Source: Ramazzottius varieornatus (Eukaryota; Animalia; Tardigrada). From it: a stretch of DNA of 64,000 nucleotides. The DNA lies in NCBI GenBank assembly GCA_001949185.1, contig BDGG01000024.1, forward strand, positions 1 through 64,000, given 5' to 3'. The position numbers and the translations under genes are program-made. A model generated the notes under the pieces. The model searched no databases. It was given only the letters and a program-made list of their open reading frames with translations, and had not been told where the DNA came from. Each line of letters opens with the position of its first letter. The first letter of the stretch is position 1. Of the stretch, positions 11,460-23,733 are shown piece after piece.

Positions 11460-13035
11460 CACCTTCCGAGACTACATTTTCTCCTGGTATTTGTGCTACT
11501 TCAAGAACGACGCGTAGTTCCCTCACTACCTCACGCACGGAACTGCACAACTTCCTCATTGACTTCTCAACGCTCTGCAAAGATACCAACTGGCTGCAGA
11601 CCTGTACGGAAGATTGGTCAACGAGTTCGCAGCACACGTCAAGCTGTACAGCAATGCCACGAAGACGGTGGAGAAGGACAGAACGACAGAGCAGATCTTC
11701 CAGCTGGAAGAAAAGGAGATCGGGTATTCGCGAGCAGCTGTTTGCATAGGTAATGTTATGTTGATGTAAGGCACTGGCTAGTGGATGTCAAGTCATGCGC
11801 TGTCACGTCCTATACCATATCGTTAAGTATGACGTCATAGCTGGTGATCGAAAGTTTCAATTGAGCCAACGGTCCATTTCATCTCAAACGTGATGTCAAG
11901 CGTCCATCAAGATTAGAAGCGGTTGATCGAGGTCATTTTTGACTGCGCAGTAGCGTTTCACTTTATTTGGCGCTGTCTTTTCATTCCACGCTCTGTCGAG
12001 ATGAGTTGAGTGAAGATGATTTGTTTGTTTCAGATTACACGAAGGAGAAGGAGCACTTCTTCCAGTTGAGCCACCAGCTTCTCTACGTGCACGGCAGCCA
12101 GCGCGTCTTCGGGTGCCTTCCATACCGCGAGCTGGCCAAGGAAATTCTTACGACCCAGGTCTTTCAGCCTCTCGTCAAGCTCATCTGTGATCCCGACTAC
12201 ATTAGCCAAACGATCATCTGGCTTCTCTGTACTCCGGAGAACATCGCCATCGATAACGAGAGCTTTATCCACGCTCTGCGGTCCAGCTCCAACCTGAACA
12301 AACTGCGCGTTATCGACCAGATGCTCATGACGGAGATCGCCATCCAGAGAGCTAAAGACACGGCGATCTCGTCGAACGCTGGCGAAGATATCAAAGCCAG
12401 GTTGAACAGTCTGGTATTATTAAAAGGCAATACCTTTGAAGCCAATTTTCTTTGCTGTTCTCGGTACTTGACAGCTCGAGAAAAAACTCGACCAGACTGT
12501 TTTCTTGAGTGGTGCACTTCACCAGTCAATAACACCGAGTACGTGCGCAACTTAGGCAACCGATCTGGATGGTTTCGACGGTTCTCCCAAGAGACGCACA
12601 TTTTGTGTGTTGTCAGCTGAAAGCGCGCGCCTCTTAGGAAAGCCGGTCTTGTCCAGTTTGTTGTCAAGTGACGCATGTTTCCAGTGTTGTGGGCCGGAAG
12701 CGTGTGCCACTTGGAAAGCGATTCGGTTGGGTTTGTTTACCGAGCTTCGATTTGACTTGGCGGTTAACTGTAGGTTTGCTGGATATGAGGATAAGGTTTC
12801 TGGCAAGCGGGTCGGAAGATAGCCGGTCTCAACATTCACTGGACTCGAGCTTCTCGTACAACTAGTACGCACGCATGGTTCCGGTGGGGAAGCTGACCAT
12901 GGATGAAGTCTTAGAGGACCCGCTGGCTTTGAGCTTCCTCATGAGCTACATGGAGCCGAAGAACGGCACTCCGTTCATCCATCTCTACCTGACGTGTGCG
13001 GGCTTCCGCGCGTCCGCCGAACAGCTTCTTGAAGT
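11460..13035 (+). pseudogene. SNX13: SNX13-like sorting nexin fragment (PXA domain and start of RGS domain)
   Basis: VFQPLVKLICDPDYISQTIIWL, DIKARLNSL, VLEDPLALSFLMSYME; frameshift near 11610 and in-frame TAG at 12863-12865; introns retained. Confidence 0.7.
12507..12712. repeat. Triple N25-palindrome array in SNX13-like intron
   Basis: Units start at 12507, 12589 and 12666, all with 25-bp spacers; a further unit lies at 13180-13226. Confidence 0.85.
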
Positions 13036-14894
13036 ACTTTCGTCACTTAATTGCGACGATAGTTTGTCAGAAGTTGTTTGTAATGATTCATTTTTCTTTC
13101 AGTCTGGACAAATATTTTTTGGTTGGTTTCGGTTGTTGATTAAGAGCTCGGCAAGCAAGCTCGGCAATATTGCTTTCCGAAGCGGCTCATGTTGTCACTG
13201 CTATTGGCTGGCAGGGTGCGCCACTTCGGAGAAACGATCTTGTCGAGTTTGATTAATGCGCTAGCGATTTCGTACACAGACGGCTATAGCATGTTCTGGA
13301 CATTCTTCGGGCATCCACGGATATTCTCAATTACTTCCAACGGCGTGTGTTCGTTGCTGCGTTCGGTAAAACAACTCGATCGCATTTTTTTATACTGTGG
13401 CATATTTCATCCAATTCGCGAAAAAGCCCTGAGGGGTTGGTAGGAAAAAATGTCGTGACCGGTGTACAAAGTGTTAGTATCACCATCAACCCTTGATTGA
13501 TTCCTCATCGTACACCTGTTGATACAACTTGGGCTTTTTATCATTGGACAGACCCGTCTCTCCCCCCACGACAGGGTTTTCTGACCTACAACATTTAGTC
13601 GTCCCCAAACCTATTCGGACCTCGAGGAGAGAGATTGATCAACCTCAGGAAACAAGAAACACGTGATCAGGTGCTGCAGGAGCTCCGAATAAATATGCCT
13701 GAATCATGTCCTCTACCTCGTACTGGCAGAATTACGTCGTATAGCTCGTACCAAAGTTTGATTTGAGATGGTCAAGATGTCTCGTGGCGCTATGCCTTGA
13801 GAATAGCACTAAGTGCTGCACGTGGTCTAGTCACGTGACCATAAAAAATCGGGCATGTTTTGGGAAGTGGCCGAAAATGGTACCAGTGACGTAATCCGGT
13901 TAGGGACAACATTACGAGGTCACTGTGTACCGCACACATATATTTTCATCGTACCGACGCACTCAATTACGTGACTCCGGCTCATCGAGCGTATGTCACG
14001 CGACCTCGTGCGCCACCCAGAATATAATTTCCTCAATGATACGTAATATTTAATAATATGAATTTCAACGGTTACCTGGTTTACTGTTCTTCAGAGCGAA
14101 GCAAACGATGAAGGAAGAGCTTGTTCCTGCGTTTCTGTCGGGTTGGAAGTGAAAAGGGAAGAGAAGGGAGATGGCGAAAGCGAATCGCCGGTCACACTGC
14201 AGTACCTGTGGATAATCCAAAGTTCAGGTCAAAGTTCACAAGTCAGGCAACCGATAATTCATCTTACCTGGAGATCTGTCTTTAAGGGCTTGTCAGGAAG
14301 GGCGCTATCCAGTGTTCCACAATGAGAAGAAGGAGGAAGTGAAAGTTCTTCGAAACCACAACAAAAGAAGATAAAATATCCTGGAGCATTAACCTCTTGC
14401 GGGTATTGCGTAACTCTATGGCGCGTGACCAGCTTAAAATCAATTTGGTGCACCGCACCGAGTCTTTACGCGCTAAATTTACCGAGTGCGTTCAGCTTGC
14501 GCCCATATAAAGTTGCACCATGTGCAGTACTGTTCTCTGGTCTCTCTTAAAGGAAACCTGGTCTCTGGTGAACAAGGTCCCTGTACTAGTTCAAAATCAA
14601 GAATCAATGCTCGCTCGATCACCTGTGCAGAACCCGACGGGACGGACGGTATTCTGTTAGCAAACACTTTGAATCAATCAACCGCTTGAACATGTGTCCG
14701 ACTCTTCGGCAAGGCGAAGTACAGCTGCTCATCAGTGATTCCCATCAGGGTAAAATACGGGAAAAAATCTGTCCTTCCTTACTTCTGAGCCTTCTGGCGT
14801 TCGCGGTGTAGGGCAGTAGGGCACCATAGTTCGTCTGCAGTTTCTGGTATGGAATGTACGATTTGAATAGGTCAAGAACCAACGGAGAGCCGGA

Positions 14895-15116
14895 GGTGAG
14901 TTGGTGATGGAGGGCATGAGCGCAGACTTGCTTGCTGAGTCGGACTCCTTCAGTCAGCCACTGGACGACAAGGATCTACCCTCCTGTTCCGTTCCCGTCC
15001 TACCGACTTTGGATACCGGGGAAGGCGATGCTGACTTGTTTGGTGACCTTGAGAGCCTTAGGACTGGTGGACAGCGACGCAATGATGTCCCGTAGAATAA
15101 ACTCAGCCGTGACAGC
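14895..15116 (+). pseudogene. Diverged inverted copy of STRIP exon 1
   Basis: MEGMSADLLAESDSFSQPLDDKD matches MEGVSADVLAELDSCSEPLDDKD of the gene starting at 35793; contains a stop codon. Confidence 0.85.
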
Positions 15117-16072
15117 GGACGACTGGACACGTCCGTGATGCGAATCGTCACCGGCACTCTTCCACTCAACGAACGCTCACCTACACATCCCAAACGATTA
15201 CTGAATGTTTCTAACATTTCCCAAACTGTATGCCAATATGTAGGACCTCGGCAAACAAATTTGACAAGATCGTTTTCCAAAGTGGCGCACGTTCCCAGTG
15301 TTAATCACTGAAAGCGTGCGCCACTTAGCAACGATCTTGTCGGGTTTGTTTGTGTTTCCAAGTGGCGCACCGTCACAGTGTTCGTAGCATGAAGTGTGCG
15401 CCACTTGGGAAAAACGCCTCTACTAGTTTTCCTGTAGAGTGTTTTTTCTACATTTTTTTGTAACCTTTAAGATGATCGGACTTTTTCAAAGTATGTTATT
15501 CAGCTGTGTACCTTTATCACTGGCAATAGCCACCATGTCGTACTGTCGAGGCGAAGCCGGCAAGGATTCTTTGAGGTAAATCCAGCCGGTGTCTTTGTCA
15601 ATGCCAAAGAGCTTCTGCGACATGATTTCACTGGGGTCCAGCGAGTACTCAATCTCGGCGTTTCTTCCCGCGTCGGCGTCCGTGGCGATGACTGCAATGA
15701 CCGGACCTTTCTTCCTGTCCTGTCTGACCGTCGTTTCGTATCTACGACCAAAACAGTCATGTTATTAGAATCCACGGCACTTCTTGACAGGCTGCGTCGT
15801 ACTGAGTTCGCTCAAAGACTGGTGGATTGTCGTTCTCGTCCAGCAGCTCCACCTGGAACGAGCATATGCCGATCAGCGGCCTGATGCCGCTGTCCTTGGC
15901 GATGACGGTAACCGAGACGTAGCGACTGCTTTCACGATCGAAGCGCCCTCTGGTCGTGATGACACCCGACTCGGCATCAATATCGAAGCGCTGCGCTTGC
16001 TGAAAGTCCTTCTCGATTTCGTAGGTGACTTTCCCGTTCATCCCCGAGTCTTGATCGATGGCATGAACCTGG
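15115..16072 (-). pseudogene. Cadherin gene fragment, 5' part (three exons, last one truncated)
   Basis: Motifs AIDQDSG, FDRE, DENDNPPVF, ATDADAG; exons splice in frame; includes repeat copy 2 and palindromes at 15280-15406. Confidence 0.85.
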
Positions 16073-16114
16073 AAAAGCACTGGTAACTATTCTGTGCATC
16101 TATTATTCCTGACT

Positions 16115-16230
16115 GCTGACTTGTTTGGTGACCTTGAGAGCCTTAGGAGTGGTGGACAGCGCCGGAACGATGTGCCGTTGAATAAAATCAGCCGTGACAA
16201 CAATGGTCCCGATGACTTTCCCGTACGTCG
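16115..16230 (+). pseudogene. Second partial copy of STRIP exon 1
   Basis: ADLFGDLESLRSGGQRRNDVPLNKISRDNNGPDDFP followed by donor-like GTACGT. Confidence 0.8.
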
Positions 16231-16429
16231 GTTTTCGATGTGCGCCGCTTGGGGAAACATATTCGGTCGGATCGTCAGATCAAGTGGCGCACAGTGTCGG
16301 CCACTACCACTAAAGTCGTGCGCCACTTGGAAAAAACAAGCTTGCGATTTTGTCTGTCGCACTCCCGAATTCTCGAATTTGATCTGTCCAACCTTTGGGA
16401 CCGTTGATGGTCGCTGGGGACTTTTTGCA

Positions 16430-16690
16430 GGTTGCGAAGGGAAGGCTGATATGGCCCGTGTAGCTTGCTCCGATTCCAGCGTCGACATAAGGAAGCTGTC
16501 GGATGAAATCAAGCAGGGCTTGGCGGCTTTTGTATTACTGGGACGCCCCAACCTCCACCTACCAACCACTACCCATATATGTATTCAACAAGATACAAAC
16601 TGGTGCTATTCGCTTCTGACTTTACAGTTTACACTGACCCGGCTTTTGCTGACAAAATTGGGAGGCTGTTTTGTTCGGTTTCCACTTTTG
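16430..16690 (+). pseudogene. Inverted copy of FATP 3' exons and 3' end
   Basis: GCEGKADMARVACSDSSVDIRKLSDEIKQGLAAF matches GCEGKAGMACIACLDSDVDMKKLSDDIKQGLAAF at about 27500-27600, followed by sequence resembling 27270-27140. Confidence 0.8.
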
Positions 16691-16977
16691 TAGCAGATTA
16701 CACTTACAGAACTTGAAAAAACTAGACGAGGCGTTAACGGAATGATGAACCATGAGGAACCCACACTGTCACCACAGTAGATTAAAATGAGCTTATGCTG
16801 TCACTCGGCCGTTAACTTTTGGAAACTCAGAAAGAACAGTAAGCTCGAGGACCGCAGCTCGTTCCATCGGACTGAACTCAGATCGACTTGCTGGTGGTTA
16901 TGGTTAGCGTACAATGGCTCGTTTCTGAAATGAAAGATAATTCTACTAGTGACCTTTATCAATAGTGGTCGCGTTGT

Positions 16978-18598
16978 TTACCGTATCAACTCCATTCTCC
17001 ATCTCTCTTTTGCTGCTTCCGAGAGCGCTTCGACTTTAGCAGCCAGCGTCTCCAGAACGGTATCAGGAGGTCTTTCATAGTGCAAATCGACAGCTGACAC
17101 GAGTGTCCGTTCATTTGTTTCTTCCTCCGTCGTGGTGAAGTCCAAGATGAGCAAAGGGATACGTACCCAGGAGGAACACTCTGCTGGCACAAGCCGAAAC
17201 TGACAGTCTTGATACTTACCTGGCTGAGCAAAAAAGCTTACAAAGCGGCCAGCCACAGCGAAGCGACACTGGCGGAGAACTAAGGTCCGTATAGGTCTTC
17301 TACGTAAAACAAAGAAACATTAGCTGCGGTAGCGGTTCGTAAACTCACAGCCAGGCAGATTGACCGGTCCCAGCTAATAATTTTTGTAAACAGTACGAGT
17401 GACACTTGGAAGATTCGACAGGCCGGTAAACGTAAGGTACAGTATCGTTACTCCAAGTGGAGCACCTCTTCTAAGCTTGCCCCACTTGGAACACCATATG
17501 GGTTTTGGCAGCCCAATTTCCGGATCATTGACTAATATCGCGATTTTCAGGAATCGGTTTGAAGTTTGNNNNNNNNNNNNNNNNNNNNNNNNNNNNNNNN
17601 NNNNNNNNNNNNNNNNNNAGACTTGGAGCCACGGCGAGGTACGGCAGAGCTACCATCCGACGCCCCTGAATATTCTCTCAGACTTCATGTCAAAAACGAG
17701 TCATTTGGCACCAAAAATAATGTTCCGGAAATTGGGCTGCCAAAACCCGTATGCGTCTGCGTTATTTTTGCAAGTGACGCATGTCTTTAGTATTATTTAG
17801 AAATGTGCGCCACATGACAGAACGAACTTGTCTAGTTTTCCCCGGCCTGACTTTCGTTTGTGGTTATGTCTACGATCATCCAGCACCTAACTTACGTGTA
17901 ATCTGTCCAAGGCACGTTTGCGCGTTCGCGAGTTTTCGTAACCGTATGCAGGTTGTGAACCCCATCCAGAGCCCATGCGTTGTGAAGCAGAATGTGTCTA
18001 ACGTTGACACCTACACCAGCCAGCGGAGGGAACGTCTTCCTTTTGATTATTCTGGCTAGAGTAGTATGAAACGACCATGCCAGCGCCACATCCAGTATGT
18101 TGCAGTCTTTTATATGCGGCCACTCTTTCCAGTTGAGCTGCAGAACGGTAGTTCGGACGGTCAGCAGTTTGTATAGGCGATTTAGTTCGTATATAGCATG
18201 ATAATAGAATACTGAAGGCTCGCCGGCCTCCCTCATTTGCTCCCGAACGTCGGGAAAGGATGTGAACTCGAACTCTGCATGTACACCGGCTGGTGAGGCC
18301 AAGATGTCCAGCCGAACAACTTTTTGCAGTCTGGTACTGGATAACGCCTTCTGCCAGCTTTTCGATACCCTGTGAATTTTTGCATCAATCGGTCAAACCG
18401 CAAATATTTTAAGAAGGTAATATGACGATTTTACACAGCAAGTGCGTACCGGGACAGTCGACGCTGGTGTGTGGATTCCACTTCAAAAAATATCTCATAC
18501 ATTATTTCCTCCGGTAGGTCCGATAACGAGAATAAACGGGCAAGGTGCCTTCCTAGATGGTTGTCAGGTAATGAATTCTGCGCTAATGGCGTTTCCAT
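16978..18598 (-). CDS. Divergent F-box protein (multi-exon, spans a gap)
   Basis: Spliced F-box SLSDLPEEIMYEIF...LSR/VSKSWQKAL across intron 18370-18449. Confidence 0.65.
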
Positions 18599-19699
18599 AA
18601 TGCAGATAAATGGACTCAAAAAACGATTGAAGCTCTTCTGGTGTCAAAAGACTGTGTAAAATGCATAAGCGAAGAAGGCGCTAGAAATAAGCAATCCCTG
18701 CTTAGGCGAGGTATCGTGTATGAATAATATTGTTACGCTTCTCGTACTGAACCAGCTCGATGAAGCGAAGTAATGACAAGGGTACTGGCGAAGTTGGCCT
18801 CTCTCTGTCTCAGGCAAGTCATGCATAATTGCAAATTATCCTTCGAAATGCCTCCTGCAGATAGCAGAAGGAAGCAGCTGTTCCAGGCCTTTGTTTGACT
18901 CTTGCCATAGTACGACCGAAGCAGCGACATGAGGCGCTGCTTCGGTCGTATGCTCTTGCCACAGTATGCTCTTGCCAAAGTGGTCCTCCATGAGCGGTAG
19001 ACTACAGCCAGTCTACAGTATAATATAGGGGAGATCGCTCTTCTCTCTATGAACCAGGAACCTGACCCAGCTCGACGCTCTCACCGCGATGGAAGGAAAC
19101 GACGCCAGTTCCACCAGGACATGGATAAAGTGTATGATACCTCGGAGGGATATGAGAAGACTCTCCCAACTCCCAAGCCTTCTTGACCAATAATCATTCC
19201 TTTTGAATAACGGACGATATTAGTATCTCGCTGTACTACAAACTCACCGTCCAAATATATAATTAAGCTGCTTTTGTAAGCTGAATATTCTGGTTGGAAA
19301 TTAAGCTGAACCTTGCACGATCAAAGCTGGCATGTAAGCAAATCTTATTCTTCCTTTCACCCTCCGAAGATCGAGGAGGCCGTTGACTGGATTGTCGAGG
19401 CTGAAAATAAATTTATCTGTCTGACAGTCTATGCACCATGACTTGCATCTTTACTGCTGTCTCATAGTTAGCCTGTCTGCATAGTTAGAGCAAAGCCATT
19501 CTTGGTCGGGATCATCATTTCTTGTCCCCGATCGACAGCAGTCCACAAAATATGCTTCTCATCAGTCACTAACAATTGACGGAGAAGGTTGCGCATTTCC
19601 AATCTCACTGGTTTACTTTTTCTCGTGATAGACAGACCCCTGACTATGTTTTCATAAGCCGGAAGTCCAGCCACGCTCATCTCTCAGAAATCAGAGAAA

Positions 19700-20090
19700 A
19701 TTCGGAAAGCCTGGTACGGTAAGAAGCCAGAGAGATGCGGTCAGGTCCAATTTGTTGAGCTGTCAACTCTGCCTCCAGACCCAACCAACCTAATATTCCA
19801 GCACGTTTGTCTTGGTTTTGATGAGCAAAAATATTTCCAGTTTTCAAAAACAGCGCCTGCTATAATGTCACAGTGTATTCATTAGACGCGCAGTTTCCGG
19901 TCCTACTCTGTGTGACCGAAGAGTTGGCAGACCATTTTATCACCTCCGAACACCAGAAGCACATCAGTTATCAACATTTTGCGATTAGCTGGCTTGGGTT
20001 TCGAGTTAAAGTTGACAGCTCAACAAATTGGACGTGACCCGATCTCTCTGGATTCTGACCATTGCAGCAGACTGTACCATGCTTTCGATG
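19700..20090. mobile_element. Foldback/MITE-like element with long imperfect inverted repeats
   Basis: GTCCAATTTGTTGAGCTGTCAACT near 19745 and its reverse complement near 20010, with similarity extending outward. Confidence 0.6.
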
Positions 20091-20145
20091 GATTTCATTT
20101 CTTCTGAAAGGATGTTCAAGATACTATTTTAGAGACTACAGTTTT

Positions 20146-20743
20146 GGGGAAGGCTCCGCACACCACCTTTCACCACCGTAGTCTCCTAATACCACCTGCC
20201 AATTCCAGATCATCACCACCGTTTACTTCGTACACCACTTTCTAATTAAGGCCACCACCAAGGACTTCGAGCACCACTTTTTGCCAGATTGGTTTTCATT
20301 ACTTAGTCTTAGAGAAGAAAGTTAGACCACGCTCCCATTGTAATCACAGGTGGCAAGAAGTCTTTATCAACAGCAGGATCTTCAGGATCGTGAGTCCTTC
20401 CTGTTCTTTGACCTTGCCAGAACACGGCTAACTCATTGGTTATAGTGACCGGGCTTCGATATCCCACTCTGGTGCCGGGTCTCACCCGACGGCGTGACAG
20501 TTTCTCGATCATTTTACTATTGAAACAGTCTAAGAACCAGTTCCGCAGTTCTTTGCTTGCGAAACAAGCTGTCTCCGGACAAGATTGGTGCGCAGAGATT
20601 CTAAATTCTAATTAATTAGAATTCTAATTAGATTCTAATTAATTAACGGTGGTGAACGAAAGGTCGTACGTCCAGACAAACGGTGGTGAAAAGGTGGTAT
20701 TAGAAGACTACGGTGGTGAGAGGTGGTGTGCGGAGCACTTTCC
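20146..20743. mobile_element. MULE-like MITE
   Basis: About 50-bp G-initiated TIRs (GCTCCGCACACCACC...TAATACCACCT); 9-bp flanks TACAGTTTT / TACAGTTTC. Confidence 0.7.
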
Positions 20744-20883
20744 TACAGTTTCATACGACCACCTAATCATATAAATATTTAGTGCCTGTAGTTTGCGAAG
20801 TATGCGTATCATAGAGTTTTCTGCAAGCTGGTCTGACAAAGTTGACGCGGTTAGCAATCAAAAATGCACTATGTGGGAAATAG

Positions 20884-21758
20884 TCAAGCAATGGTGCACT
20901 GGCTCTTTATATTCTTGTACACTTCCGGCACATAGTCATCCCATTCTGCCACGAAGAAATTGCCGGCGACAGGTGGTCCCAACTGGTAATCATCGGCAAA
21001 CTTCTGCACATTCCACTTCGGACGCCCTTGCAACGTCTTGCTGTCAATGTGCTCTTCGCAAATTGCCAGCGTGCCGCCTTGCCGATAAACCAGGAAAACA
21101 TATCTATGCAGTCCTGCAATATCAAATCAACAACCTTTTTGGCCAAGCTCATAGCCGCTTCTCAAGTGGGAAAAAGGCCTCTCAAGCACTGTATTCTGAC
21201 CGGTCTTCTCTGGAGGAGCACTGCCGACATACTCGGTCATGGCTTGTCCCTGCTTGACGTCATGGCCGGGAATATTGATAACCAGCCAGTGCTTGAAGTC
21301 TTTTTCTTTAGGATCCTCTCGGCTTGGTATATCGGGATCTGCAGTCAAAAATATAGCCTAGATTTTACAGCGGGAATAAATTTCAAATGGGTCACCTGCC
21401 AGGATGACGGTGTAGAATTCTTGAGGGTCGGCGTTCCAGTTGAGTTGCGGTTCCAACTGAACCTGGCGAGGTTTTAGCTCGTTGCCTAAACGGGCTTCCA
21501 CATTGCTGAGATATTTGACCTGCGAACGGACAGATACAATGGAACGCTAAATGTTTTCTCCACTTCGACCGTGGGTCGCTTGCTCATCCATACCTCCAAA
21601 AGATCCAGATACAGAGGAAGATCACGGATCAAATCGGGGATGATTCCGTTCTGGTGAAAGCTTTGCTCTGCCATCGTCTCCCCGATACAAGTAGGAAGTA
21701 AGAAAAAAGAGCAAAGTAACACTTTGGTCGTTTGGAAAAAGACAATTAATATCGCCAT
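20884..21758 (-). CDS. PEBP: Phosphatidylethanolamine-binding protein (PEBP/RKIP family), possibly with a signal peptide
   Basis: Motifs DPDIPS, KHWLVINIPG, YVGSAPP, GLHRYVFLVY; the start could instead be 21674. Confidence 0.9.
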
Positions 21759-22259
21759 GAAGTGAAGCCAGAGCCGGGAATTTCCACGTTCACAGGTAGA
21801 CAACAGTCATCCAAGTATCTACAGCCTGAGGGTCCCCAACCGGTGTACAAAAAAAAGCCGCGAGGGCCGCATGGTGTGGAGTTACTGCGGTAAATTTCAC
21901 GCTGAATATATTGTTTCTTCGTGGACCAGATTGACGGAAATCAGCAGCCCTGTATATCACAGATGCCCGCGCAAGTTGTCGATGACGGCAGCGCGCTGCA
22001 AATACGTCACCAGCCCTGATGCACCAACTGCTGTTGTGGCTTGTGAAGGGAAAATGTTCCTCAAGCTAAACACCGACCCTCGACTTACGCCGGTTGACGA
22101 AATTCATTTGATACTCCCTTCTTGGATTATGCACGTAAGATCATGCATGATCTGTAATGACAACCGCCAGATCTCCTGGTATGAGAACGGCAGCCGTTGC
22201 ACGTTGGCGGCCATCAAGGACCCACCCCAAGCGTCGGCTACCGGCAACGTCAGGGATCT

Positions 22260-22509
22260 TTCTGCTGGTCAGCGTCGGTGCGGGCTTTCGAGGAACGCAC
22301 GGTGGGTCTTCTTTTTGACGCTACTGCAAAGTATCTCCGCATTAGCGGGCACAGCCTTTAGCCTGCTCTTTACCCTAGCCGGCAAGCACACCCTCTCCGC
22401 TGTATGCGGAAAGCGAGTTTCTGTTGTCGTGCGCACTGGGCACTTTTTATTCGTCATTGACCCCATCATTTACATGATGTTCCTACCGAATCTTCGACAA
22501 CAATATTAA
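22260..22509 (+). pseudogene. Class A GPCR TM6-TM7-helix 8 fragment
   Basis: Two hydrophobic stretches ending VIDPIIYMMFLPNLRQQY (D/NPxxY motif); no upstream TM segments recognised. Confidence 0.45.
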
Positions 22510-22724
22510 GTTTATTCCTCAAAGAACACGGCCAAGCTGATTGTTTCCGGAGACTACTTTACTCATTCACGCCCAACATTCCACTTTTATTACACATGAG
22601 CAACCGCTTCGATCCAAACCGTTCAGCGCAAATAAAAATTCATCTTGATGACAGTGTCAGTCAATCTGCATCTAACTCGCAAGGCAGGTCATTTCTTGGA
22701 CTTTCCGTGATTTCGGATGGCTTT

Positions 22725-23398
22725 TCACTTGAGGCTGCCGCCAGCCTTGCGACCTTTGACGGGGCGACCACGTCCTTGACCCTTGGCAGCGCGACGCTGC
22801 AACAGAGGACAAGCCACATTCAAGATATTGCTGCATGGTGTCACACTGCGGATTGAATATAGACCAACACAGGAAGCTGAGAGAAAAAGAAAGCTTACGG
22901 GAGACTTCCTGGATTTCTTGATGTCTTTGCGTCCAGCTCGGGATTTGGTGTGGCGGCTACGGCGTGAGCGGCTTCGTCGAGACTTGCTTCGCTTCACCAG
23001 ATGGCGTCCTCGGTTGGACTGTAGAATTCACAGGCATATTTTGGAAGAATAACCAATGTCCAAAGTATCGTCAAGGTCGATCATTAATTATTGTTTTTAG
23101 TCGGCAAGAACTTACGCGACGGTGGGAAGAGCCCAGGTCCACCCTGGGTCTGCGGTGGCTTCGCTGCAAAAGGAACACATCGAGACGGATTACTCGTACA
23201 GTAGAGCGCCGCAAGTATGTGTCGGCTCCACAGATGTACCTCGAGCGATCGGTGGAAACTTTCCCGCGAATGATGGCGCGATCCACTGACTTCGCCCCCG
23301 ATGTGGGCAGGTTGAACCGAGTAGGGTTTGGGGGATACTCCGCGGTTGAAGGCGGTGTTGTTGTGGAGGTTGAGACCGGCGTACGGGTAAGACGACAT
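22725..23398 (-). CDS. 132-aa Arg/Ser/Lys/His-rich protamine-like basic protein
   Basis: Four exons 23398-23240, 23163-23116, 23018-22899, 22796-22725, all joined by phase-0 GT-AG introns; upstream TATAAA and downstream AATAAA on the minus strand. Confidence 0.7.
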
Positions 23399-23686
23399 CT
23401 TGCCTTGGGTAGTTTGGAGTATCACCACAAAGAAATTTATACGAACAATTTATACTTCGGAAGCAGAAAATGTCCTTGTCAATAAACATCAGGTGAACGT
23501 GTCTTGCTTAGTTACTTGTAAGGATCCTAACAACCATGTGGCACCCATGTATCGTTTTTTGAGGTCACCTTAAAATCTGAACGCTATACTCGGATTAGTT
23601 AATACTATTAGCCGAAGAAAGGAAGGATGAAGCCTAACGGACTTCAAAAAGAATAAACGGAAAGCCGGCAAACGAATGTTTTCTCT

Positions 23687-23733
23687 TAGTGGCGCACGCT
23701 TTCATTCACTAACAATAAAAACGTGCGCCACTT
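23687..23733. repeat. N25 palindrome, outside recognised coding regions
   Basis: TAGTGGCGCAC-N25-GTGCGCCACTT. Confidence 0.85.

Noticed and set aside
12507-12712. CRISPR array interpretation of the repeat-spacer units
   Set aside because: Eukaryotic introns, at most three units per locus, no cas genes, spacers share a loose consensus and linkers flip orientation.
4183-15114. Helitron as carrier of the inserted block
   Set aside because: No Rep/Hel ORF and no convincing 3' hairpin with a CTRR end found.
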